From the IMG/VR virus record IMGVR_UViG_3300042946_001661, positions 19,589 to 83,588 of that record: a stretch of DNA of 64,000 nucleotides. One strand, 5' to 3'. Under the pieces are notes generated by a model. That model was not told the origin of the DNA and made no database searches. It saw only the letters and a list, made by a program, of their open reading frames with translations. This stretch comes from a virus. The position numbers and the translations under genes are program-made. Each line of letters starts with the position of its first letter. Positions within the stretch are counted from its first letter, which is position 1. This document shows positions 55,822 through 64,000 of the stretch, piece after piece.

Positions 55822-56762
55822 TTATTCTCCTTAACCGTTTCTTCTATTCTGTTTATTATCTCTTTTATATCTTCTTCTTTTAATCCTTCTGTCAACTCTA
55901 CTCTCGTTGTTAGAATTGATTTTTTTCTTACAATTGGTTGAGGTATAAACGATTCGGCTGTTAAATTAAATTGAAACTTAACAACTCTAATCGCTTGATT
56001 GCCAGGTTCTATCTCAAGATTATTAGCAATTGAATCTAATTTTACTTGAATTTCCCAAACAACACCTCTAACCTTTATATATGCAAAAGGGCTAAATTTT
56101 AAAATTATTTGCTCTAATATTTGGTTCATATCTTCTATATACATGGTCCAAGCATATAGAGAATAACTTATATCTACTGGTATTCCTTTCGCAACTCCAA
56201 GTATTGTATCTCTTTCGTGCTTTTCTTTAATTGTTCTTCCTGGTTTTCCATCTAATCTTAAATCTCTTGCATAATCTAAAGCTTTGTGATAAACATATCT
56301 TCCTTGATTAAATTGATAGTCTTGACTATGTATTGCTAATATAGGAAGTCTAATTCTGTCAACAACTAATGAATTGTCTTTTCTTACATTATCTTGAACT
56401 ATAGCAGCCACTGCTTTTTCTTGTGATCCCCAAATTATAGGAACTCTGTGAGCTTTTCCATCTTCATCTAAAACAACTATATCTTTAAATAAATCCATAA
56501 CAGCTTCATCTGTTCCTCTTAAGGACTTACTATATCTGTATATTGTATTGAAGTTTGTTCCATCATTTAAAATATGACCCGTTTGCATAGGATCACCAAG
56601 ATTGCTTTTTCCAAGATTTGTTTTTTCATTTCTAAAACTGTCTTCTAAAAAATCAAGACTATCTGGTGATGTATTACAACCTTCTGGTGTTGTTTTATTT
56701 TCTTGAAAATTAAATCCTTTTTCGTTACAATCTACAAGGCTTTTTTCAGGATGATTTTTCAT
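55815..56762 (-). CDS. tail terminator/sheath stabiliser gp15-like
   Basis: LF.DI.V, VPI..G..EK, LP, P.DI.Y.L, DM.QI.EQI...F.P; start reassigned to 56762. Confidence 0.8.
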   Translation of the reverse strand: MKNHPEKSLVDCNEKGFNFQENKTTPEGCNTSPDSLDFLEDSFRNEKTNLGKSNLGDPMQTGHILNDGTNFNTIYRYSKSLRGTDEAVMDLFKDIVVLDEDGKAHRVPIIWGSQEKAVAAIVQDNVRKDNSLVVDRIRLPILAIHSQDYQFNQGRYVYHKALDYARDLRLDGKPGRTIKEKHERDTILGVAKGIPVDISYSLYAWTMYIEDMNQILEQIILKFSPFAYIKVRGVVWEIQVKLDSIANNLEIEPGNQAIRVVKFQFNLTAESFIPQPIVRKKSILTTRVELTEGLKEEDIKEIINRIEETVKENKC

Positions 56763-56772
56763 AATATTATAT

Positions 56773-57609
56773 ATGAGTAACTTTGAATTAAAGTGGAGAA
56801 GTTTTTTTAATGGAAAAGAATTTCCACCTTCAAGAACAAAATTGCAAATACCAGGCTGGGCTGGAACTAGTGACCGTGGAAACGGATCTTCTCCACAACC
56901 TTGGCACTGTCTTCCTTTTGTAGAAGCAAGCACATATGGAGTGGAGCTGTTATATCCATTTGAAACTGAATGCATTGTCAGAACTATAAATGGAGAGACA
57001 GTTTTTGAAGGAGATTTTAGCGAAGAAGAAAAAAAATATAATCATCCTATGCCTCCTTTTATGTCTTTTTCTAAAGGGCATTTTGGATTTACTTCAAGCT
57101 TTGATTTACAACCTCCTCCAAATCATATTATAAGAATTGAGCCGCATCCTAAGTATTACACCGATGAAACTTGGACAACGCCTTTGCCTGTTGCTGGGCA
57201 CATTCAAGGTGAGTGGTGGTCAAAAATATTTTTCATTGTATTCAAACAACCCCCAGCAGGAGGTTTCTATAGGTTTAAAAAAGGTGAACCATATGCTCAA
57301 ATTTTAATTTTACCTAAAAAAGTTAATTATGAAATAACAGAAATGACAGAATTAGAAAAAGAAAAAAGATCATCTTTAGAATCTAATATTTCAAAATACA
57401 AAAAATATTTTTGTAAAAAATGGAAAGATGATAAAGATAATACATTTGATAATAAATATAAAGTTTTAAGCAAAATGTTTAACAAAGAAGGAATAAAAGG
57501 TATAAATAGTATTGTCGAGAATTGTTCGGACAGAGAAAGCCGAAATAAAAAAAATATAAAATTATTTAAATATAAGAAGCATGAAACTAATAAAAATAGA
57601 AAAAAATAA
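56773..57609 (+). CDS. DUF6065-like protein
   Basis: WHCLPF..A..YG.EL..P, G.I..EW, F.KGEP..Q. Confidence 0.5.
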   Translation: MSNFELKWRSFFNGKEFPPSRTKLQIPGWAGTSDRGNGSSPQPWHCLPFVEASTYGVELLYPFETECIVRTINGETVFEGDFSEEEKKYNHPMPPFMSFSKGHFGFTSSFDLQPPPNHIIRIEPHPKYYTDETWTTPLPVAGHIQGEWWSKIFFIVFKQPPAGGFYRFKKGEPYAQILILPKKVNYEITEMTELEKEKRSSLESNISKYKKYFCKKWKDDKDNTFDNKYKVLSKMFNKEGIKGINSIVENCSDRESRNKKNIKLFKYKKHETNKNRKK

Positions 57610-57695
57610 AACTAAAAGAAAAGTGCAAGTAGTAATATTTGAGCCTACTTTATTTAAAAAGCCAAAATTTCCTTTTATTCTAATTAAAAATAAAA

Positions 57696-58229
57696 TTAAA
57701 TAATTTTAAAATCTTGTTTTGGTTGAGGAATTTTTCCTTCATTTGTAGTAACACTTTCTTGAAACTTCTGTGATACTAATTGAATGTGAAGAACGCCCCA
57801 TTGTTTAAATTCTGCAAGATTTCTTTGGATGATAACCCAGTTTTCTTGTAAGTGAGGAGTATACAACCTAGACCCTATTTTCGGAGCATGTCCAATTGCT
57901 TTTAAAACTGCCTGGTAATTCATTTCAAAAATTTGCTCATCTGGAGCATCTATCCCAAACTGATTCACATAATTCTGACTGGCTGCCGGCTCATAATATC
58001 CCCAAAGTTGTACCGGGGTTGGGGAAAATATCTTGCCTCTGTCTTCGAGATAAAGTGGATCAACTGTAGCCGATTGAATAAACACTTCATAATAAAATAT
58101 TGGAATTCCTCCTCTTTGAATTGCTTCTTGATCCCAGCTATCATAAAGAGTGAATTGAGGATCCGCAGGATCAAATAACTGATAACTTCCTGATACGCAA
58201 AAAGGAGTTCCATCTGATTTTTTTATCAT
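57696..58229 (-). CDS. neck protein gp14-like (head closure)
   Basis: E.I...G..I.Y, DPLY.ED, QFGI, P..G..LY; TATATA 5 nt before ATG. Confidence 0.8.
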   Translation of the reverse strand: MIKKSDGTPFCVSGSYQLFDPADPQFTLYDSWDQEAIQRGGIPIFYYEVFIQSATVDPLYLEDRGKIFSPTPVQLWGYYEPAASQNYVNQFGIDAPDEQIFEMNYQAVLKAIGHAPKIGSRLYTPHLQENWVIIQRNLAEFKQWGVLHIQLVSQKFQESVTTNEGKIPQPKQDFKII

Positions 58230-58258
58230 ACTATTATATATTAATTATATTTAATCTT

Positions 58259-58666
58259 TTAAAAAACTCCAAGATTAGCCGTTATAGCAACACTGCCACC
58301 GGCAGGAGGAAGTTCATAAGGACCGTCAGAAAATCTTTCAAGCCAATACAAGTATTCTACCGAATCTATTTCCACGGTAACATAATAACCATAGATTACA
58401 GCAAGTTCTTCTATTACAAATACTTGTTCAGGACAACTTGCAGAGGTCACACCAGACAAAGTATCCACAGTCCAGTCTGAGTTTGATAAAATGATTTCAT
58501 GGTATCCTCCAAAATCTGCTTCTTCTAAATCATCTAGTATAGAGTTTTTTGTTGGAACAAAATCATTTTTAAAAAGCTTTAATTTTTGAGTAACAGAACT
58601 TGTTTTTTTTCCAAAAATAAGTTCTAAGAACAATCTATTTGATATTGTCGGTATTACAATAGCCAT
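58259..58666 (-). CDS. putative virion protein, paralog of 8355..8792
   Basis: LKLFKND, EADF.GY, W, IYGYYV, W.ERF. Confidence 0.7.
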   Translation of the reverse strand: MAIVIPTISNRLFLELIFGKKTSSVTQKLKLFKNDFVPTKNSILDDLEEADFGGYHEIILSNSDWTVDTLSGVTSASCPEQVFVIEELAVIYGYYVTVEIDSVEYLYWLERFSDGPYELPPAGGSVAITANLGVF

Positions 58667-58706
58667 ATTTCTCTTTCAATATAATTTACACTAATATATA
58701 TTGATT

Positions 58707-59273
58707 ATGGTAATAAAAAAGAAAGACGGCAGCTTTTATAAAATATCAGGACCAAATCCGCTAATGAATGATCAAGATTTATGGAAAGACTATAAAAAAC
58801 ATAATTTCGATTGGTTGCCTGAAGTTGTTAAAGATGGAACATTTTTAAATGTAATAAAAGAGCAAAATATTATAAAAGAAAAAAAGTATGACGAAAAACA
58901 AGAAGAAAAAGCTATTGAATTAGAAAAATCTGTAGAATTAGAACAAAAGCCAATCAAAAATGAAAATATTAAAAAATACAATTCAATTCCCTGCTTCTGC
59001 CTACCAGCAAAAACTACTGAAAAAAAAGATGATTTATACGATGAGTCTTTTAAAAGAACACAATATTTAGAAAAATTTTTAACAGAAATAGTAATCTTGG
59101 ATAAAGATGATCTATATATAAAAATTTGGTGCAATGATCAGCTAACTGAAAAATCTATAATATTTCCTAAAAATAAAGATAAAAGATGGTGGAAAATTAT
59201 AGAGGTTTCATCTGCCCCAACAGGTTACTATTATCTAGGATCAACTTCAGACTATACCCCATCTTTTGAGTGA
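58707..59273 (+). CDS. late hypothetical protein
   Basis: TATATA 6 nt before ATG 58707. Confidence 0.7.
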   Translation: MVIKKKDGSFYKISGPNPLMNDQDLWKDYKKHNFDWLPEVVKDGTFLNVIKEQNIIKEKKYDEKQEEKAIELEKSVELEQKPIKNENIKKYNSIPCFCLPAKTTEKKDDLYDESFKRTQYLEKFLTEIVILDKDDLYIKIWCNDQLTEKSIIFPKNKDKRWWKIIEVSSAPTGYYYLGSTSDYTPSFE

Positions 59274-59518
59274 TCTGCTGTTACCTTAACCTGATAGCCT
59301 AATTCTTCAAACTTTTTTTTATGGTCATCTACACACTTAAGATATGCAACTTCATAAATATCAGCTACAAATTGATTTAAATCTTTAATATCTTTTTCTG
59401 TTACTGTATAATGAAGTATTCGATCCAGCAGATTCTCATTTCTACTAAATCTTTCTTTTAATATTTCAAATATATTTTTTTTAATATAGTGGTTTCTTTG
59501 ATTTTGTAAAAAATCCAT
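59252..59518 (-). CDS. hypothetical protein
   Basis: 88 aa downstream of the large gene. Confidence 0.6.
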   Translation of the reverse strand: MDFLQNQRNHYIKKNIFEILKERFSRNENLLDRILHYTVTEKDIKDLNQFVADIYEVAYLKCVDDHKKKFEELGYQVKVTADHSKDGV

Positions 59519-59521
59519 AAA

Positions 59522-62500
59522 TTAACCTTGCATACTCTTAAATAACGCAGCTTTTAGACTTGGTATAGCTCTAGAAAATATTGTTATATTCTTTTCTATA
59601 TCTTCTTTTTCTTTTTCCGAAAGACTTAATTTATCTTTATTTTCAATGAAAACTTTGCTAAGGTCTTTTATATTTTTATCTATTCTATCGAAAAAAGAAT
59701 GTACTGGGAATTTAAGATCCTTAGATAATCTTGAAACGCCACCTAGTTTTATTGCAATAAATTTTTGAATTGTTAGTTGATCTTTATTTGTATGATGACT
59801 AAGATATACAAGCAACTCTCTGATTAATCTAGCCCAATAAACTATAGGTTTCTCCATTGCGGTTTTCTTAACAGGCATTATAGGTGCCACATAACTAGTT
59901 TTTTGAAACCAATTTTTTCTTCTTTCTTTATATTCTTCATCGGTTTCATCTTTACTGACCCCAGGACCTCTGCCTTTTGCAGTAAAAGGTCTTGGAGTTA
60001 TTTTTACCTGTGGGTCTTCTTTTATAATATCATTTATTTGATTGAAGATTATTTTTAAATCTTCTATTTTTGTTAATATCACGTTTTCGATAGTTTCTTT
60101 TGTGTCAAAAGAAACAGAAGTTACAATTATATTTTCTTTTTCTAACAATTGTTTTTTTGCATTGTCATATAGACTCGATACTTTTTCACGAGTTGCTTCA
60201 TTTGATTTATTGAAATAATATAGAATTGTTTTATAGCTATCAGTAGACTTGTCGCTAGTAGAGTTATTAAAACTATTCAGAGCTAGATCATAAAAATCTC
60301 CCCAAAATGAAAGTAGATTATTTTTTTCATCTTCAAGATTATCTTCAATTGCATCAAAGACTTTTTTGTTTGTCTTAATGGATCCTGATAAAAGATTGCT
60401 CACAGAATCTAAAAGTTTAGAATATTTATAAATATAATGTTCTATGCTATCTTCTTGTTCTATCCCTTCTGAAGGATTTGCTCTCCACCCAAATCTTAAT
60501 AAGGCAACCCTAGAGCCATCTTGGGCACGTCTTATAAAAGGATTTTTCTTATCTATAAATATTAGTTTTAGTATGTCTTTACTATTAGAATCTAGAGGAT
60601 CGATATCTAGTTCATTGGATTTTTGGGCACTAACGACACCTTGTCCTGTTCTCTTTTTTCTAAATACTTGTTTTATTTCATCTTCTTCATCTTCATATTC
60701 ATCGGACGATAGACCACTTCGGTTGACTGTTCCTTTTTGTGCTATTTTCCCAAGAATTCCAGCGGCAGCAATTCTTCTGGCTTCTGGGGACCATAGTGTT
60801 GGACTTGATGCTTCCTTAACAAACTCAGCAGCAATTTCATCATGTATGTCTTGAAACTTTTTAGGTTTTAGGTATTTTGCTTTAATTCCTTCGTCCAATT
60901 CATTTCCACCATACATTTTTCTTAGAAGAAACAATTTCATTCCTTCTACAATATCATCCCATCCTTCTATTTGATCTCTTGCTCTGCTATCATCTTTTGA
61001 TTTCTCTATCTCATAGTAGGCTTCTTTTGCTTCATTTATTTTAAATTCTTTTATTAGTATAAAATTGTTTAAGTTAATAGACTCTAACTGTTTTTTACCG
61101 TCTAAATCTAACTCAGCTTTATTAAAAATATCATATACATAAAACTTCATCGGATTTACTGTTTCTTTTTCTGGTTTTTTTTCTGGATTTTTTTCAAATA
61201 TTTTATCTATTATTTGCCAGGTACTGGCATCTATTAATGTTCCCCCTCTTGGATTAATAATAGTAGTTGGCTGACTACCTCTTTGATTCCTTGAGAATAT
61301 TTTATAATATCCTATCATTGTTCTTATTTCTTGAGGAGAACTAGGCATAGACATAGATGATCTTGGTCTGTGTCCTGGGACTACTGATCCTTTTTCTCTT
61401 GTATACCTGTCTGCTTTGTGATATTGAACAACGGGGGCAGCATCTCCTTTTTCTCCCAAAATACTACTGCTCCTAGAAGTTGTAGTCTTTCTACTTTCTG
61501 CTTCTTTTTGGCTCTTTATTATTTTAATTAATTTAATTAACTTTTGTTTAAAATCTCCAATATCTAGATTTTTATATTTAGGATCTTTTTCTATTGTGTT
61601 CAATAAAGACTCTAGCTCTTCATCATCTTCTAAGTTAACAGCTCTTAATTCTTCGTATGAACTTACACTATCTTGTATATCTTTTTTTGTTTTATCTATA
61701 TCTTCTAACTCTTCTGGACTTAGTATTTTTATAGGCATGACAAAAGATCCCGGATTTAGTAGAGGGAAAGAACGAGTTCCATTTTCATCCGTAACAGTCA
61801 CATGCGGAAGTATTATAGGAGGATTTTCTCCTCCTACTAAAATTTCTTTTGTATCTTTATCTACTTTATAGGGCAATCTTCCAGTTTTTATAAATCTTTC
61901 CCAATCTTCTTCACCAATAATAGTTTTTAGTTCATCTCTATCTTTATCATCGAGTAAAGACAGCTCTTTTTTTCTGAGTTCAGCATCTTTCTCAGGATCC
62001 CCAGTTTCTATGTGGGATAGTATTTTAGGACCAGACACGTCAAGTTTTTCTATTGCATCTGTAGCTCTTAATTTCGAAAAATAACTAGAAAACATATCTT
62101 TTAATCTTCTTATTTTTCTTACGTTTTCAAATTTGGTAATATTTCTAAGTGTTGCTACTCCTATTTTATTGTCTTCTTTTTTTGCATAGTCTTTAACTTC
62201 TTTATCATATAGTTTTTTGTCAGATGCACCATAAACTGTTCCATGAAATATTTTTTTAAGATCCTTCTCTATCTTATTCGCATCCTCCACTCTAGCATCA
62301 GGATTGTTTAGAATGCTTTTAACTAACCAAACCCCACTATTAATTTCTTCCATTTCTTTTTCTGGATCTAAACTACCTTCAAGTATTTCTTTTGCTTTAT
62401 CATCATACCAATTTATATCAGAATTATTTGATATAAATTTTGCTATTTGGTTGTAAAACTTTCTTTGAAATACATCAAAAATAAAAGTATCTTTGTATCT

Positions 62501-63517
62501 TTTTATTTTTCCCATTTTAGATCTTATTACTTTATATTTTACTTCATGCGAATGATCAGGAGCATCAGAGGGCAAATCTCCAGAACCAGCCTCGTTTGGA
62601 AGGTGTCTTTGATAATTTAAAGACATAAGTCTAGTTAATGAATCTCTTATTCCAGTGCTTTTAGGAAAATAGTATCCGCTACTATCGAAACCATATGTAG
62701 TTTCTTTTTCTGGTTTTCCCTCTTCGTTTTTTGTTATTATCGTTTTTCTACGAGGAAGTGATAGATCAAATCCATATTTTCCTTTATTTTCAAAACTCAT
62801 ATCTTTTTTATAAACTTTACTTAGATTAACTAGTTTTGTTTTTAGATTATGTGTTTCACCCTCGGTTGTCTCTAGTTTTTGTATTAGTCTATTAATATAG
62901 AATTTTATATTACCACCGCCAACCACAGGATATTTTTCTTCATCTCCGCCCTTTACATAGATTACTACTCTTTTAATAATATCAAATATTAAATTTCTTA
63001 TAGTTTTGTAATTATCTTTACTGCCACCAGGAGTAACGCTTTCTATATCATATCTTTCAAAAAAATCATTAATCCAACGTTTTCTTTCTAAAGATTCTTT
63101 TTCATCTACAGAACCAACTGGATTTCCATAAGAGTCATACTTATTACTTAGTTTTAATAAAAATTCTTTAAACTGATTAACGTTATTTTCATCTATGTTG
63201 AACTTTGTAGATTTCTTAAAACCCCTAACATTTTTAGTAGGAGTTTTTACTACTTTCAAAAAACCACTCTCCTTAGAAGCATCTATCATCTCTCTTATTA
63301 TTTTATTTCTGATATTTTCTCTATTTTTAAGAAGCTCCCATGTTTTCATATATCTTGCTTTTAATGCATCTTCCCAATATTTTTGGTCTATTTGATACAA
63401 GAAGTCTAAATCTTCGTAATCATAGAGAATTGGTTTTTCTGAGTGCCATCCACGATACGCCTCTAGCAACATTTTAAAATTACAATTTTTATCAAAGAAT
63501 TCTTTAAAGTTATACAT
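59522..63517 (-). CDS. 1331 aa protein with targeting-like N-terminus (MYNFKEFF...LLEA); putative internal virion protein
   Basis: Long ORF, AAGGA SD, no recognised catalytic motif. Confidence 0.75.
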   Translation of the reverse strand: MYNFKEFFDKNCNFKMLLEAYRGWHSEKPILYDYEDLDFLYQIDQKYWEDALKARYMKTWELLKNRENIRNKIIREMIDASKESGFLKVVKTPTKNVRGFKKSTKFNIDENNVNQFKEFLLKLSNKYDSYGNPVGSVDEKESLERKRWINDFFERYDIESVTPGGSKDNYKTIRNLIFDIIKRVVIYVKGGDEEKYPVVGGGNIKFYINRLIQKLETTEGETHNLKTKLVNLSKVYKKDMSFENKGKYGFDLSLPRRKTIITKNEEGKPEKETTYGFDSSGYYFPKSTGIRDSLTRLMSLNYQRHLPNEAGSGDLPSDAPDHSHEVKYKVIRSKMGKIKRYKDTFIFDVFQRKFYNQIAKFISNNSDINWYDDKAKEILEGSLDPEKEMEEINSGVWLVKSILNNPDARVEDANKIEKDLKKIFHGTVYGASDKKLYDKEVKDYAKKEDNKIGVATLRNITKFENVRKIRRLKDMFSSYFSKLRATDAIEKLDVSGPKILSHIETGDPEKDAELRKKELSLLDDKDRDELKTIIGEEDWERFIKTGRLPYKVDKDTKEILVGGENPPIILPHVTVTDENGTRSFPLLNPGSFVMPIKILSPEELEDIDKTKKDIQDSVSSYEELRAVNLEDDEELESLLNTIEKDPKYKNLDIGDFKQKLIKLIKIIKSQKEAESRKTTTSRSSSILGEKGDAAPVVQYHKADRYTREKGSVVPGHRPRSSMSMPSSPQEIRTMIGYYKIFSRNQRGSQPTTIINPRGGTLIDASTWQIIDKIFEKNPEKKPEKETVNPMKFYVYDIFNKAELDLDGKKQLESINLNNFILIKEFKINEAKEAYYEIEKSKDDSRARDQIEGWDDIVEGMKLFLLRKMYGGNELDEGIKAKYLKPKKFQDIHDEIAAEFVKEASSPTLWSPEARRIAAAGILGKIAQKGTVNRSGLSSDEYEDEEDEIKQVFRKKRTGQGVVSAQKSNELDIDPLDSNSKDILKLIFIDKKNPFIRRAQDGSRVALLRFGWRANPSEGIEQEDSIEHYIYKYSKLLDSVSNLLSGSIKTNKKVFDAIEDNLEDEKNNLLSFWGDFYDLALNSFNNSTSDKSTDSYKTILYYFNKSNEATREKVSSLYDNAKKQLLEKENIIVTSVSFDTKETIENVILTKIEDLKIIFNQINDIIKEDPQVKITPRPFTAKGRGPGVSKDETDEEYKERRKNWFQKTSYVAPIMPVKKTAMEKPIVYWARLIRELLVYLSHHTNKDQLTIQKFIAIKLGGVSRLSKDLKFPVHSFFDRIDKNIKDLSKVFIENKDKLSLSEKEKEDIEKNITIFSRAIPSLKAALFKSMQG

Positions 63518-63538
63518 TTTGAATTTATCCTTGTATTT

Positions 63539-63550
63539 TATATATATATA
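63539..63550. promoter_or_regulatory. (TA)6 bidirectional late box
   Basis: Between divergent 63517(-) and 63555(+); 4-6 nt before the gp13 ATG. Confidence 0.65.
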
Positions 63551-63554
63551 TTAT

Positions 63555-64000
63555 ATGGCTAATATTTTAGAAATACCGAGACCTTCACAAAATGCAAATT
63601 GTCAAAGTAGTGCACCATGCGGACAATTGCTTGGACCTACGGATCCGTTGTGTAAAATAGCACCAAGAAAAAACCGAGAAAAAGTCAGAGAACAGATAAA
63701 AGATTATGTCCTTCTAATGCTAGGAGCCCCAGTAGTATCAATAGAGCTAGATGAACAGCAGTTAGATGGAGCTATTGATTTTGCTTTACAAATATTTGAA
63801 GATTACGCACCCAGAGAGTATTATCAATGGTATGTTTTTAATACAGTTCCAGGTCAAACAATATATGAAATGCCTTGTGACATAGGAATGATAAGAGAAG
63901 TAGCATACAAGCAAACAGCTCAATATGCATTTAGTGCATCTGATTTGGGAGGAGTAATACCTCTTGAATATATGGGAGCAGGTGCATATGGTAGTATTGC
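63555..64000 (+). CDS. neck protein gp13-like (partial, runs off window)
   Basis: Hand translation: MANILEIPRP...IKDYVLLMLGAPVVSIELDEQQLDGAIDFALQIFEDY matches the gp13 LGAP..VEL..Q pattern. Confidence 0.85.
   Translation, partial: MANILEIPRPSQNANCQSSAPCGQLLGPTDPLCKIAPRKNREKVREQIKDYVLLMLGAPVVSIELDEQQLDGAIDFALQIFEDYAPREYYQWYVFNTVPGQTIYEMPCDIGMIREVAYKQTAQYAFSASDLGGVIPLEYMGAGAYGSI

Noticed and set aside
56763-56975. Long N-terminal extension of gp15 overlapping the DUF6065-like gene (similarly the tracked starts 32499, 36083, 36007, 50214, 20482, 21449)
   Set aside because: Internal ATGs with a late box or SD remove the overlaps.
57581-57703. 40 aa basic ORF MKLIKIEKNK...
   Set aside because: Overlaps both neighbours, has no SD or box, and is low complexity; cannot be supported.
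1-64000. Alternative genetic code (TAG/TGA recoding), as in some large phages
   Set aside because: Conserved genes are full length in the standard code, and both TAG and TGA end genes at expected positions. The dnaE breaks are not single in-frame stops.

Overview
AT-rich 64 kb segment of a large T4-like (contractile-tailed, probably jumbo) bacteriophage genome that reads in the standard bacterial code. It carries replication, recombination and repair genes (DnaE, PolA-like protein, AEP, gp41/DnaB, UvsW/X/Y, gp32, gp46/47, Dda/RecD), dNTP supply genes (class Id-like RNR, ThyX, dUTPase, dCMP deaminase), translation genes (IF3, bS21, one tRNA-Asn), sugar-modification genes (HldE, two GT9-like proteins, methyltransferases) and a neck/tail module (gp13, gp14, gp15, sheath, two tubes). 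Two things stand out. (1) DNA polymerase III alpha is broken into three separate genes. The second break is repaired by a naturally split intein whose charge pattern is reversed (basic IntN, acidic IntC), with a free-standing PD-(D/E)XK endonuclease between the halves. The first break has no intein, cuts through the palm active site, is spanned by an antisense LAGLIDADG cassette, and leaves a degenerate duplicated segment on the middle piece. (2) There is a pervasive leaderless-expression pattern: a TANATA box lies 5-6 nt before ATG and is often one palindromic box shared by divergent genes. It co-occurs with a sigma-region-2-only protein, phage IF3 and bS21, a gene that must start at AUU, and about 11 proteins sharing a T4 capsid-targeting-like N-terminus. 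All functional calls come from reading motifs by eye; no searches were run.
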